From Lingula anatina (taxonomy: Eukaryota > Animalia > Brachiopoda), in assembly GCA_051362555.1 (NCBI GenBank), contig CM120647.1:12190651-12254650 (forward strand): a stretch of DNA of 64,000 bases, given 5' to 3'. The notes under the pieces were generated by a model, which worked only from the letters and a program-made list of their open reading frames with translations, did not search any database and was not told the DNA's origin. How positions within the stretch are numbered: position 1 is the stretch's first letter; each line of letters opens with the position of its first letter. This document shows positions 23,801-34,698 of this stretch, one piece after another. The position numbers and the translations under genes were made by a program.

Positions 23801-24521
23801 ACCTTTACAAGCCAGATATTTTGGCCCTTACGAAATTGAAAGCAAGATTAGTGATGTTAACTATGTAGTTAAGACACCAGGCAGGCGAAAAGAAAAGCGA
23901 GTGTGTCATGTTAACATGTTGAAAAAGTATGTTGATAGAAGTGATTTGAAGTCAGTAGAATCCGTTTCAACTGTGACCAATGTTAAGTCATGTACTGAAA
24001 ATGAAATTAGTGTGGACACCAGTGAAAATGACTTTAACCAAAGTGCTTATTTGAAGAATTCTGAAATCCTGAGAGACCTTGATGTGAAACTTGAACATTT
24101 GACCAGTCATCAGAAAGAAGAGGTTCAACGATTGATTACTGATTACCAGGATATTTTCCCTGATGTTCCAAAAAAGACGAATGCTGCTCTTCATGACATC
24201 AGTGTAGGGGATGCTCAGCCTATCAAACAGCACCCATACAGACTGAATCCAATAAAGCTTCAGTATATGAGAAAGGAAGTTCAATATATGCTGGAAAATG
24301 ACATTATTGAACCAAGCAGTAGTGACTGGAGTTCACCATGCATTCTTGTCCCAAAGTCAGATGGAACTTATCGCTTTTGCACAGATTTCCGCAAAGTAAA
24401 TTCTGTTACCAAAACAGACTCCTATCCTATCCCACGAATTGATGATTGCATAGATAGAATTGGCAGTGTGAAATTTGTCAGCAAATTTGACTTGCTGAAG
24501 GGTTATTGGCAAGTACCCTAA
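20811..24521 (+). CDS. Gag-protease-integrase-RT (N-terminal part) polyprotein, ending at a premature TAA
   Basis: CCHC knuckle CNYCKKKGHLIGEC; protease LRDTGA; integrase HHCC (HDTPMAGH...CHVC) with catalytic core (VDCVGP, QSDQG, ERFHQ); then RT start (SPCILVPK, DFRKVN, DLLKGYWQVP*). Confidence 0.93.
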   Translation: MVFSVTEFLQSPSVADFEALKKDELVAIALHFNLVVKSSMKKQEIRGIVVKKLVDEQIFKSDDLPPIVKAETNISEYEFELEKLRIDRQFQLEKERLEREERDKDRQFQLEKLRLEHSERSTSHVRYEFDAAKNIRLVPKFQEKSVDKFFPQFEKIAEHLQWPFEVWPTLLQSVLVGKAAEVYSALSLAESSDYEKVKSAILKAYELVPEAYRQKFRKQKKIETQTYVEFAREKEDLFDKWFRSKKIEKNFANLRQLILVEEFKECVSQDLKIHLEDKNVETLEQAAVISDSYALSHKKNFVPTCRSQSPIQSPKNNILCPKSPHYRGSTTPQPGRFESPQTVGSSPTCNYCKKKGHLIGECIKLKMKNDLLKRQTNACAALRNDRKALNLLRADTPDVQDSKSSFVDSVEDHYKPFLSQGFVSLSDSSKALPVQILRDTGAAQTLLLEGVLPLSEETSIGSSVLLQGVELGVIDVPLHRVYLKSDLATGPVIVGVRPTLPIQGISLLLGNDLAGGKVIPDPIVCEKTISDVVSDDEEDDLYPACVVTRAMASKQKAEADGTLVVDKADPLKEISLSETFMTTIDDSLPVESYETKVPVDINVSLKASTVEYDLSFDKGKDTLSHEQLLLEQSKDPDIVRLTKRALPMEETAKVGECFYLKDSIFMRKWRPPDASPDEVWRIIHQVVVPVVYRKDIMSLAHDTPMAGHLGVNKTCIKILSHFYWPKLRKDVSEFCKSCHVCQMVGKPNQKIPSFPLQPIPAFEEPFSRVLVDCVGPLPKTRSGNQYLLTIMCTSTRFPEAIPLRNIKAKTIVKALAKFFCFVGIPKAIQSDQGSNFMSGLFQQVMHELGIRQYKSSAYHPESQGALERFHQTLKTMIKTHCYQNEKDWDEGVHLVLFAAREAVQESLGFSPFELVFGHTVRGPLKLLREKWLTETSDLNLLDYVSTFKERLFSACKLAQENLKGSQAKMKTWYDKNARNREFKPGEKVLVFLPLNGQPLQARYFGPYEIESKISDVNYVVKTPGRRKEKRVCHVNMLKKYVDRSDLKSVESVSTVTNVKSCTENEISVDTSENDFNQSAYLKNSEILRDLDVKLEHLTSHQKEEVQRLITDYQDIFPDVPKKTNAALHDISVGDAQPIKQHPYRLNPIKLQYMRKEVQYMLENDIIEPSSSDWSSPCILVPKSDGTYRFCTDFRKVNSVTKTDSYPIPRIDDCIDRIGSVKFVSKFDLLKGYWQVP

Positions 24522-25475
24522 ACTGACAGAGCTAAAGAAATTTCAGCATTTGTGACTCCGGATGGATTGTACCAGTACAAAGTTATGCCATTCGGGATGA
24601 AGAACTCGCCGGCCACGTTTCAACGGATGATTCATTTACTTCTGCGTGATCTTAAGGGATGTGAAGCCTATATTGATGATGTCATTATCTACAGTGACAC
24701 CTGGAAGGAGCATCTCCAGATTATGCGTGAATTCTTCAACATACTGGTGAAAGCAAATCTCATTGTGAACCTGGCAAAGAGTGAATTTTGTCAGGCTACT
24801 GTAGAGTATTTAGGTCACAGAGTAGGTCAGGGTTTAAGTACACCTATCATGGCTAAGGTAGAAGCCATCTCAGAGTTTCCAGTTCCTACCAACAAGAAAG
24901 AATTGATGAGATTTCTAGGTATGGCAGGGTTTTACAGAAAATTTTGCCCAAATTTTTCCTCTGTTGTTAGTCCACTTACTAACCTCTTAAAAAAGAGGGT
25001 GATATTTAATTGGACAAAGGACTGTGATGAGTCCTTCGGGAAAATTAAGGCAATCCTTATGAGTAGTCCAGTTTTGTCAGCTCCAGATTTTGAGAGGCAA
25101 TTTAAACTTGCTGTTGATGCTAGTGATGTAGGAATAGGAGCTGCTTTATTCCAGGAAAATGATGACAATGTAGATAGAGTTGTTTCTTACTTTTCAAAGA
25201 AACTTACAAAATGTCAGAAAAACTATTCTACTATTGAGAAGGAATGTCTTGCTTTGTTGTTAGCTTTACAACACTTTGATGTGTATTTGAATGTTACTTT
25301 ACATCCTATTCTTGTCTACACAGACCATAATCCACTCACATTTTTGCACAAAATGTCAAATAAGAATCAGAGACTGACAAGGTGGAGTTTGTTGTTACAA
25401 GAGTATGATATTGTTATTAAACATATTAAGGGCAAAGACAATGTCATTGCAGATGCCCTTTCAAGAGTGTCATAA
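24522..25475 (+). CDS. Remainder of pol (RT YIDD motif and RNase H), same frame as the upstream ORF after the stop
   Basis: MPFGMKNSPATFQR, YIDD, DASDVGIGA, YSTIEKE, TDHNPL and ADALSR motifs. Confidence 0.92.
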   Translation, partial: TDRAKEISAFVTPDGLYQYKVMPFGMKNSPATFQRMIHLLLRDLKGCEAYIDDVIIYSDTWKEHLQIMREFFNILVKANLIVNLAKSEFCQATVEYLGHRVGQGLSTPIMAKVEAISEFPVPTNKKELMRFLGMAGFYRKFCPNFSSVVSPLTNLLKKRVIFNWTKDCDESFGKIKAILMSSPVLSAPDFERQFKLAVDASDVGIGAALFQENDDNVDRVVSYFSKKLTKCQKNYSTIEKECLALLLALQHFDVYLNVTLHPILVYTDHNPLTFLHKMSNKNQRLTRWSLLLQEYDIVIKHIKGKDNVIADALSRVS

Positions 25476-25540
25476 TTGGACATATATATGCATTATTTAG
25501 AGTGTAAAATTTAAGTTTTCATTGATATTCAAACTTTTTA

Positions 25541-25550
25541 AGGGGGGAGG
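25541..25550 (+). other. Polypurine tract
   Basis: AGGGGGGAGG immediately before the 3' LTR. Confidence 0.9.
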
Positions 25551-26004
25551 TGTTGTGTATAAGTAGGTCAGCTTATGACGTCACCATATCGCGAGAGCAT
25601 GAGTATCTCGAGAGCGTTAGTTTAGACAGACGCTGGAATATGAACGGATAGGAGACGGAGTTTTGTTTTGGGACCTTTTGAAGGAGAATATTTTTATTTG
25701 GAACCTATTTACCACTGAACCGACACTCATATTTTCTACTGGAACTTGCATCGTAATTACTGTGGGATTTCATCGGACACTTTCACTGAACTTTGAGCCG
25801 ATTTATCTCCATTCACTCTCCAGTCGACGGATTCACATCGGACTTTCACACAGGACACTTCATGCTTTCAGATAGGTTTATTTGTGTATTAAGAATAGCT
25901 TATTGTTATTGTCATTAGTTTATTTAGTTTTAATAAAATATTAAAACTTCTTTAAATCTTTTGTCATTGATTTTTGCTGGCATTGGGTACTCTGACCCGT
26001 AACA
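25551..26004 (+). repeat. 3' LTR (454 bp)
   Basis: Direct repeat of 20264-20713. Confidence 0.96.
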
Positions 26005-28522
26005 ATGAAAACTGTCTAAAGTATACCGTATTATTAGGCAAAAGGTAATTTGCTAAGTCCCACGAGCGCCCTCATTCGTTCTCGTCTCGTGACATCCCGA
26101 TTCAGGGGCTAGGTCGTTGTCGTGAAGGACTGACGTGCCTCATCCGGGACTCGAACCTGTGACCTTGCGTTACCAAGGTTGATGACGCTTTGGATGTCTC
26201 ATTTGCATCCTTGCACGCTACCGACTGCCCCGTGACAGACCCGCCCACCCTCCGTACGTGCGATTTTCCTCTTAAAGTAATCAATGGCAATTTTGAAGAA
26301 GTCAATTCTGGCAAAAAAAAAATAATGACACAGTAGCTCCTGTGACTCGAACCAGCGTCCGAGTATTTGCCTGTATGCAAGGCAGCAGAGTTACCACGCA
26401 GCCACGACAGCTCCGTTGATACGCAGTGATCAGATGGTAACTTTTATCCTCGTCACGGAGAGCGCCAGATTGGGTGTACATGTGCAGGCCTGCTGTCCCA
26501 ATCGACAATCCGGGAGCCGCCTTTCAGCCCACGCAACCCCAGTCCCCGACATGAACGGTAAACTTCAGTGATGCACACGAAGTCGTGTTTGTCAACCCGA
26601 CTCGGAGCTCGGAGTTTGTTTTATACTAAGATTGATTTTGGCTTTACCCACGATATTAAAGAGCACAGTGGGATCAGAGGCGGTTCACAACAGACGGGGT
26701 TTACTTTTAGCGAGACCATAAGAGGAGAGAATAAAAAAAAACATTCAACTAGTCTGTAATTACAGCCTTGGAAATTTTGAGTAAAGTATTATTGGCAAAT
26801 AATTACGCCGAGGAGATATATTTTTTCTACCGAACACGGTTAACAGGTGGTATGACGGGCTGTTATACCGTAAAAGCTACAGAATCAAAACAACTTGGAT
26901 CTTTTTCATTGATAGGCCTGCTCTGTATGTTCCTAGTAAGACGACTTCGGATGTTTTTTTTTTTTCTTTCTTTCTTTTTGGTTTTGCGTTGAGAGAACGC
27001 TTGGTTTCACCTTTGACGTTGTAGAGCACGAGGACGGCCACAGCTGTTCACACCTCTGCGGTTTTAGTATTGAGTAGTCTTTACTCTTTCCAATATCGAC
27101 TGCGGACTTGCCAGGGTACTGTATGGTCATATGAACAGTCTTGAGAAGCAAGGGCCCAAGATACGAAAGGAGGGGCATTAAAAAACATAACGTGTGCCTG
27201 ATAAAAGGAATAGAGGTGACGCGACTTTTGTAAAAAAAAATCAAAAGTTTTCTCTCTTCTAATCCCACCAAGAAGAGAGCTCATTTTGATGAAATTTCAA
27301 GCCATACGGAGTTAGTTATAGCTCAATTTAAGTTCAAGATCTTTGGCACCAATATAAGGACTTTTAACTGAAGAGAAAGGAAATATAATTGTCGACGCAG
27401 ATGAAAACTGTCTAAAGTATACCGTATTATTAGGCAAAAGGTAATTTGCTAAGTCCCACGAGCGCCCTCATTCGTTCTCGTCTCGTGACATCCCGATTCA
27501 GGGGCCAGTTCGTTGTCGTGAAGGGCTGACGTGCCTCATCCGGGACTCGAACCCGTGACCTTGCGTTACCAAGGTTGATGACGCTTTGGATGTCTCATTT
27601 GCATCCTTGCACGCTACCGACTGCTCCGTGACAGAGCCGCCCACCCTCCGTACGTGCGAGGATCCTCTTAAAGTAATCAATGGCAATTTTGAAGAAGTCA
27701 ATTCTGGCAAAAAAGAATGACACAGTAGCTCCTGTGGCTCGAACCAGTGTCCGAGTATTTGCCTGTATGCAATGCAGCAGAGTTACCACGCAGCCACGAC
27801 AGCTCCGTTGATACGCAGCGATCAGATGGTAACTTTCAACCTCGTCACGGAGAGCGCCAGATTGGGTGTACATGTGCAGGCCTGCTGTCCCAATCGACAA
27901 TCTGGGAGCCGCCTTTCAGCCCACGCAACCCCAGTCCCCGACATGAACGGTAAACTTCAGTGATGCACACGAAGTCGTGTTTGTCAACCCGACTCAGAGC
28001 TCGGAGTTTGTTTTATACTAAGATTGATTTTGGCTTTACCCACGATATTAAAGAGCACAGTGGGATCAGAGGCGGTTCACAACAGACGGGGTTTACTTTT
28101 AGCGAGACCATAAGAGGAGAGAATAGAAAAAAAAAACATTCAAGTAGTCTGTAATTACTGGTGCGATTGCAGCCATGGAAATTTTGAGTAAAATATTATT
28201 GGCAAATAATTAAGCCGAGGAGATATAGTTTTTCTACCGAACACGGTTAACAGGTGGTATGACGTGCTGTTATACCGTAAAAGCTACAGAATCAAAACAA
28301 GGTGAATCGTATTCATTGATAGGCCTGCTCTGTACGTTCGGAACATGAAGTAAAACTACATTTAGAAGTTTGCAATGTTCCTAACTACGCGTGACTGATA
28401 CATAATTTAAACATGCGTTATACTTCTTCCGCTCCCTGCACTCAGACTGTCCTACTAGCAGGGTAGATCTATCTCAGCATGGACTGTCGTTCAGGCCCAG
28501 TCAATGTAATCACCTTAATTTT

Positions 28523-28525
<3 letters not shown>

Positions 28526-28560
<35 letters not shown>
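28526..28560. repeat. Poly-C tract (35 nt) just outside the array end
   Basis: Direct observation. Confidence 0.9.
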
Positions 28561-28561
<1 letters not shown>

Positions 28562-29186
28562 CAAAGCAATATGAACAACATCATGGACCACAAAATTTTC
28601 CCGACTTTACCCAATTACTTTAAGTTACGGGGGATGTGCCCGGCATTTAAGCCGCTTAAACTGAAAGCAATTTACCGAGAATCCCCGAGGAATTAGTTCG
28701 ATACAGATAGTACGATAATATTATGGGAACACGACCTCAGACAACAATTACCACGTGAACTATCAATTGAGTTTCCGTGGTGGAGGGTCACGCTCTCTTG
28801 GTGCTCTTTTTGTTTTAAAAAGCTTTTAAATACTCAGTACTTATATACTGTTTTAATGTTCCTAAAATGTGTCCGACCGTTTGCTATATGTAATTTGAAG
28901 AAACAAAATGTAATTTCCTGTAACAATACATTATTACTATTATTATCATTATTTGAAGGACATAATGGGTTCACATAAAATTGCCGTCTATATAAATTTA
29001 AACAAGTACGCTATAAGTACGAGTAAGCATACGCTTTGCTTCACAAAGACCAGGATCATTGTTAGGTACGTTAAAATCTGTTTCCTTTATTTATTATGTT
29101 AAAAACAGGTTCAAGTGGTTTATCTCTCTCTCTCTCTCTCTCTCTCTCGTACAATGTAGTACTCACACAAACATACATGCGGCGTG

Positions 29187-29227
<41 letters not shown>

Positions 29228-29302
29228 GCGCACACATACTGCAGCCATGGTTACTGTTACACTCATACAATGTTTTCTCTTATAGAATACTCTAAACTCA
29301 TC

Positions 29303-30240
29303 ATGCGATTTGTGCCTGTGCAAGTGCTGTTTGTTCTGCTCTGTATGGCTGAAGCAACTATTTCTGGTGCAAGAGAAGGTTAGTACTCGTACGCTGTTAA
29401 TAGGTTAGTACTCTACGACAGTAGAGTTATATGAAATTCAAAAGGTGCGTTTAGAGTAAGTTTGAGACGCGACAACACGATAGCGCATGAAACCAGCATA
29501 ATTAAAACATCTCACTGAAAGTTAAACTTATTTTTAGCTGTTCAGTTATCAATTTATTTTAGAGCAACAAGTGGAGAGAAAGGAAAAACGTGAAATTGTC
29601 CCGTGTGAAAAGCAAGCCGTCTATCATGACAAAGTTGAAAAGCGAGAAGCCAGATCTGCACAGCGTAAGAGGCGTGATGAGGAGGGATTGTCTCTATGGG
29701 CCACGGAGGAAAATTTGCACCGCACCACAAGAAGTCAGACCTCGCAACCCTTCGTTGCAAAGAATTCCCGGGTTAACAAGCGTCAAAGACGCCATGAAGA
29801 GGAATTGTTGAACTGGGTCGACTTTCACCACACTAAGCGAAGAGAGACGCCTCGAACTTGGGTTGCAAAGCGTACCCAACATAACAAGCGAAGTGATAAT
29901 CAGACTGGGAGGCACAGGAAAATTCTCCGTCGCAAGCGGCATGCGACACTTTTCAGCGAGACTGCCGGGGAATCCTGTCGAGACAAACGGGGTGCTGGGG
30001 CCAAGGAGGTGCTTTGGGAAAAGGAAAACGTGCATAAAGACAAGCGAAGCGCGAGATTTGTCACCTCGGTGGACGATAACCATACCCCCAAAAAGGTGCC
30101 GTATTGAAGACTGCGATGTCGACACCTGTGGGTCAAAATGCAACAAGCACGTGAAAATAGGGGGCGCCTGCATCAATGATCGGTGTGTCTGTCTGGGAGC
30201 ACCGTGTATGAATCTGGCAGTGCTCCAGAATAAAACTTAA
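29303..30240 (+). CDS. Secreted precursor: signal-peptide exon (29303-29378), KR/RR-rich exon (from 29563) and C-terminal 8-Cys CS-alpha/beta defensin-like domain in the +1 frame (possible frameshift near 30085-30094)
   Basis: MRFVPVQVLFVLLCMAEATISG looks like a signal peptide. A phase-1 GT-AG intron (29379-29562) joins it to an ORF with many dibasic sites that stops at 30107. The overlapping frame gives KR-CRIEDCDVDTCGSKCNKHVKIGGACINDRCVCLGAPC. TATA box at 28989 and a probable 5' UTR intron 29066-29285. Confidence 0.7.
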
Positions 30241-30412
30241 TGATAAACTCTCCGTGCTTTTGTTTATTGAAAACCAACTTTAATGCGCATGTTCCAGTAG
30301 ACAAATTCAGACAAATGGTTGATGTGGAGGAATTAGTCTCTCTCTCTATCATTTTCCGCTCTTTTTTCCATCTACACCGATAAAGCAACGTGTTATTATC
30401 ATGAATACTGTC

Positions 30413-30448
<36 letters not shown>

Positions 30449-30664
30449 CCCCCTCTTTTCCCATCTAAACCCATAGAGCAACGTGTTATTATCATGAATA
30501 AGTTCTATCCCAACAGTCGTGTTAATTGCCCATTCAGCCATGACAACAGCAGTTATTGTTTGAAAAAGCTTTTGGAATATGTTTTGTTTAGCAAATTTGA
30601 TGCAGTCGGATATTCCAGTCCATTTCAGCCAATTAAGCTTCCAGTAATAGGAGGCCTAGCTTTC

Positions 30665-30726
<62 letters not shown>

Positions 30727-31803
30727 GTAATTTGGACACAGGAAGCTACATCTTATGGTTTGTATAAAGGTTTATGCAACTGGTATTAAATAATTTATAT
30801 CGCTTTCCTGGAAGTGTAGTAAAATTGAGTGCAATTCCTTTTCAGAAGTAACTCGATATGTTGCAATGACTAGCGCTGACCTGACACCTAAATTATTGCA
30901 CTATTTGAACTTTATATGTCGAGTCATGTTATGGCTTTTTTTTTCATATGTTTAAGCGCAATGCGAGTTAAGTAAAGTGCCATGTAATTATCCTTTCTCC
31001 CCAAATGAATATCCTTAACCACCATTAAACTAGATGGGATCATTATTCTGGCAGTATACCTTAATTGATGTTATGTTATATATAAAGCTATAATTTAGGT
31101 GCTGTAGCTATACAGGGGCTCACAATGTTCCACCTTAATGTTTACCATACATCCCTTTACCTATGACCGGGAGGACATAACCAAGTGGTGTACTTGTTAA
31201 AATAAATCTTCTCCTTCTGTATACGCCCATCATGTCCATAATAGCCATAATCTAAATTCATTCTTTTTTTTTTTTTTTTTTTTTTTTGGGGGGGGGGGGG
31301 ATGGCAATTTATTGGGTGGTCCTCGTTGGTTCCAAATTCATTGGCCAAGGAGAGACCATTGGATATTAGGGGTTCATCGTCATGTTAATGTATTACAAAC
31401 AGCGTGTTTGTCTCAAAGGTGCTACGCCAAATTATACATACATACATAGAGAAAGGCATAGCTATAAATGTATATATTTGACAATTGACCATTAACCCGT
31501 GGGACACACGCTATTACACGTAATTACTAACCTTAACGACAACACAAGGCAAATAGTTTGATAGATAAAAACTTCAAAAAATACCATGCACATTAACTTA
31601 AAAAATATAGATCATCTGAAGATGAGAGTGAGTCAAAGCAGATACTTAAACATACGTTATCGTAAGTTAGCCATATATGATAATATAGCAGAAAAACCGG
31701 GCACTAGCACACCATGGGCAGACGCGTGCACCTATCGTAATGTTAAACGTTATCTTTTTTTTATTTCATTTCATTTAATCTTATTATTCCTTTTTCCTAA
31801 TAT

Positions 31804-31846
<43 letters not shown>

Positions 31847-31962
31847 TTCATCTCTATGATACAAGTCAAATTCGTTAACAATTAGATATGCAAATAATGG
31901 TACTTTCTTTGGGAAAGGAAATTTCACCTTCAGCGTGTTTATAATGACGTGGTCAAGATCAG

Positions 31963-32140
31963 GCCCTGATTCACAAAATAATTAAATAAATACAATTAAA
32001 TAAACAAAATAAATAAATAAACACATAACCTAAGTCAAGTCCCTTGGCTGCGAACATAATTGTCAAAGTTACATGGTCCTATCAGAAACAGTGTTACATC
32101 ACTCTCATGGAAATCCTAGTCAACTGCTTAAGTGTTTTTT

Positions 32141-32187
<47 letters not shown>

Positions 32188-32193
32188 TAGGGT
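31963..32193. mobile_element. Small MITE (PIF/Harbinger-like, CAG target duplication) containing a (TG)n tract
   Basis: Imperfect TIR GCCCTGATTCACA / TGTGAATTAGGGT, with CAG on both sides. Confidence 0.5.
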
Positions 32194-34374
32194 CAGGCAA
32201 TCTGGCAATCTGGCTCTTAGGTTCTTTGTAAAGGCATTGAGGGAAATGTCACTACCTGTAGTTTATCTATATCTGTTCTAGGCAGGGTGGATAGTAAGAA
32301 AGGGCTATGGATATTATAGGGAAATAAGCTTATGTTTGATTTTCACCTCGATCAACATTTTGGACATTGACGGGACCAGGATTTGCCGATGCTTGTGTGT
32401 GTGTGTGTGTGTGTGCGTGTGTGTGTGTGTGTTTGCGTGCGAGCGCGTGTGTGTGTTGGGAGGGACACAACGAATGGTTTGGCAAATATGAATTAAATTA
32501 CTAAGAAATGTTTACTGCGTTACTCGTATGTACTAAACAGGGATGGGATGCAACTTGCTCACTTTTGTCTCGTTTTTCTTGTTTCACTGCTCTCTAGGGA
32601 AGGTAGACGAAAGGGTAACTCTGAAGATAATAGAGGGTATTATTTTGGCCTCCTTCCCCTGCGATTCGCAGTTTTTTTTTTCTATTTTTAGCTCTAGATT
32701 TCATTTGCCAAGAACGCCGTACGTAAAATCTTACACTGACATCTTAAGTGTCTACGGGCGGGCTCCGTTCTGTACGTTAACATTATATGCGTCTGCGTGT
32801 TATTTCTCTAACATGACCTTGAGGGAATAATCGGTCAGTGGGTTGAAAAGAGAGCGTATAGCTCCTACGATTCTTAGTGCATGTGGAAACAAGAAAACGC
32901 AACACTTCAGATTCATACAATCGAATTACTCAAAGATAAAAAATTGAACTATTGATAAATTGTTTTGCCTCCTAAAACCACCAAAGATGGTAGGCAAAGA
33001 GACCAACAACAGGTTAAACCATCATCACAATCAAGTTGCACCAACACTGCCCGTAGGGATTTACTCGCAGTACACATGCTCTGTACGGACATTGCATGGC
33101 AAATGCAATCTAGGCTTATTATAGATAGTCCGATTTGCATGGATTGACAAAAATTATTTATCGATGTTTCCGAACTGATCTCGACCGCATCGTCATCCCA
33201 GGGTTTGGAGAAGAGTAGTCATAACCAGAATTTATGTACGTATTATTTTTTTCTGGATGCTTTTTTTTCTGTAGGTCCTGTAGAATAACAATCTATTGTG
33301 CAACATACGTGTATGAAAGCACCTTTTAGTGTCAGTTTTATATTGGCATCATCCTCGAATGGTAACCCTCACTTCACGCAGAAAATCGCACAATCTCGTC
33401 TCGTATATGACGTCAAGTCAAGTCTATCTGAGATGATTTTCGTTTTGATTTCCGAACAATATCAATACATACATGTTACTTGAAGGATTAAAGAACTAAA
33501 ATAGAAATTTCAAGCAGAATTCATGGTTAAGTGACGTTAAAAAAGCGAGGTGTGCAATCAGTAGCTTTTTTTCCGTGGATACCAAATATTTTTCACTTCC
33601 GTTCAACTTGCATTTAGCCAACACATTTAATTTTTTCTGTACTTGTGAATATATATCATTTTTTTCCTTGCAAATAGGATATTTACGAATTATTCCTCAT
33701 GCAAATAAATAAAAAAAGAGACGCAATCGTATTTACACATAATTAATATTTTATTCATTTTTGTAATATATTCGGTCCATAAAATATATAACAGATGATG
33801 TGAAAAAAGTGACTTATATTAAGGGAGCCAAGTGTCACTGTGTAAAAACATCCATTTCGACAGCTCATATAGACGTTTGACGGCTTGATGTCTCTTCGAA
33901 GTGGGCGTGGCATATGATTGACATAATGACGTGAGGAGTGGTGGTTGTGGGTGCATGGTCGTCTTGTTCAGCTGTAATTGTCGGTTCTCCTTGATTCAAC
34001 TTGAAAGTTTGACTGTAAGAAATGAAAAAAAATATAGATATGAAGTCCATGTCTTGTTTCCAAAAGAGCTCTTTTAGCAACAGTGCTGTGGCAGCGTGGA
34101 GGAAGGACAGTGAAATGGCACAGCTAGGTGACAACAAAACGGTTCAAACTGACACTGAGAAGTCTGACCTTCCTAGCAAATGCTACATGTAAATAGTAAA
34201 GAATACTTTGTCAATAATTTACACAGTAAAGGGAAACAAAACTTGTAAAATCAAACTCAAACGAACTACATTGCGATACGTTTTGAAAATTGAAGGCGTG
34301 TGACGTTTTTCTTTCAGCCATCCAGTAGATTGAAGTACCAAATGTTAAAAAGTAACCCACCTTTCTCTTCAAAT

Positions 34375-34698
34375 CTAACCATAGAATGGCTTCTTAAGGC
34401 CATGAGCATAGCCGAAGTTGATTGGGCGCTTGTAGCCGAAGTTCAGGGGACGGACATAGCCGAACTTAGCTGGGAAGCGAAGACCACCGTATCCGTAACC
34501 GCCGTAGCCTCCGTATGGGAGCCCGTGTCCACCGTATCCGCCTACTGGGATACCTTGGCTATAGCTCTGGGAACCTCTGTAGCCGTTTGGGAAGTAGAGG
34601 AGTCTTCCGCTGTTGTCTGGGGCAGGGTAGTACTTGGTGCCGGGGACAGCGGCGGCGATGGCCACGATGGCAATAAGGCAGGCGGCTTTGAGCATCAT
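34375..34698 (-). CDS. Secreted Gly/Tyr-rich structural-type protein, copy 1 (107 aa)
   Basis: MMLKAACLIAIVAIAAA signal peptide and GGY repeats; TATATAA box upstream (~34773-34779); 3' UTR intron 34360-34013; paralogues at 40796, 45017 and 51084. Confidence 0.9.
   Translation of the reverse strand: MMLKAACLIAIVAIAAAVPGTKYYPAPDNSGRLLYFPNGYRGSQSYSQGIPVGGYGGHGLPYGGYGGYGYGGLRFPAKFGYVRPLNFGYKRPINFGYAHGLKKPFYG

Larger units (their letters stand above)
20264..26004 (+). mobile_element. Full-length Ty3/Gypsy LTR retrotransposon, Gmr1-like (PR-IN-RT-RH order)
   Basis: Two TG...CA LTRs, PBS, PPT and a gag-pol frame; 4-bp target duplication ATGT (20260-20263) / ATGA (26005-26008). Confidence 0.96.
1..28340. 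repeat. Tandem array of ~14 units of ~1.40-1.41 kb, continuing off the left edge; interrupted by Crypton and Gypsy insertions
   Basis: The same sequence recurs with homologous points at 864, 2270, 3682, 5094, 6498, 10726, 12130, 13532, 14936, 16337, 17741, 19147, 26102 and 27498. Differences are mostly homopolymer lengths and a few SNPs. Homology stops at ~28340. Confidence 0.98.

Noticed and set aside
24519-24521. Programmed readthrough at the pol stop codon
   Set aside because: It lies inside a conserved RT motif rather than at a gag-pol boundary; a point mutation or sequencing error is simpler.
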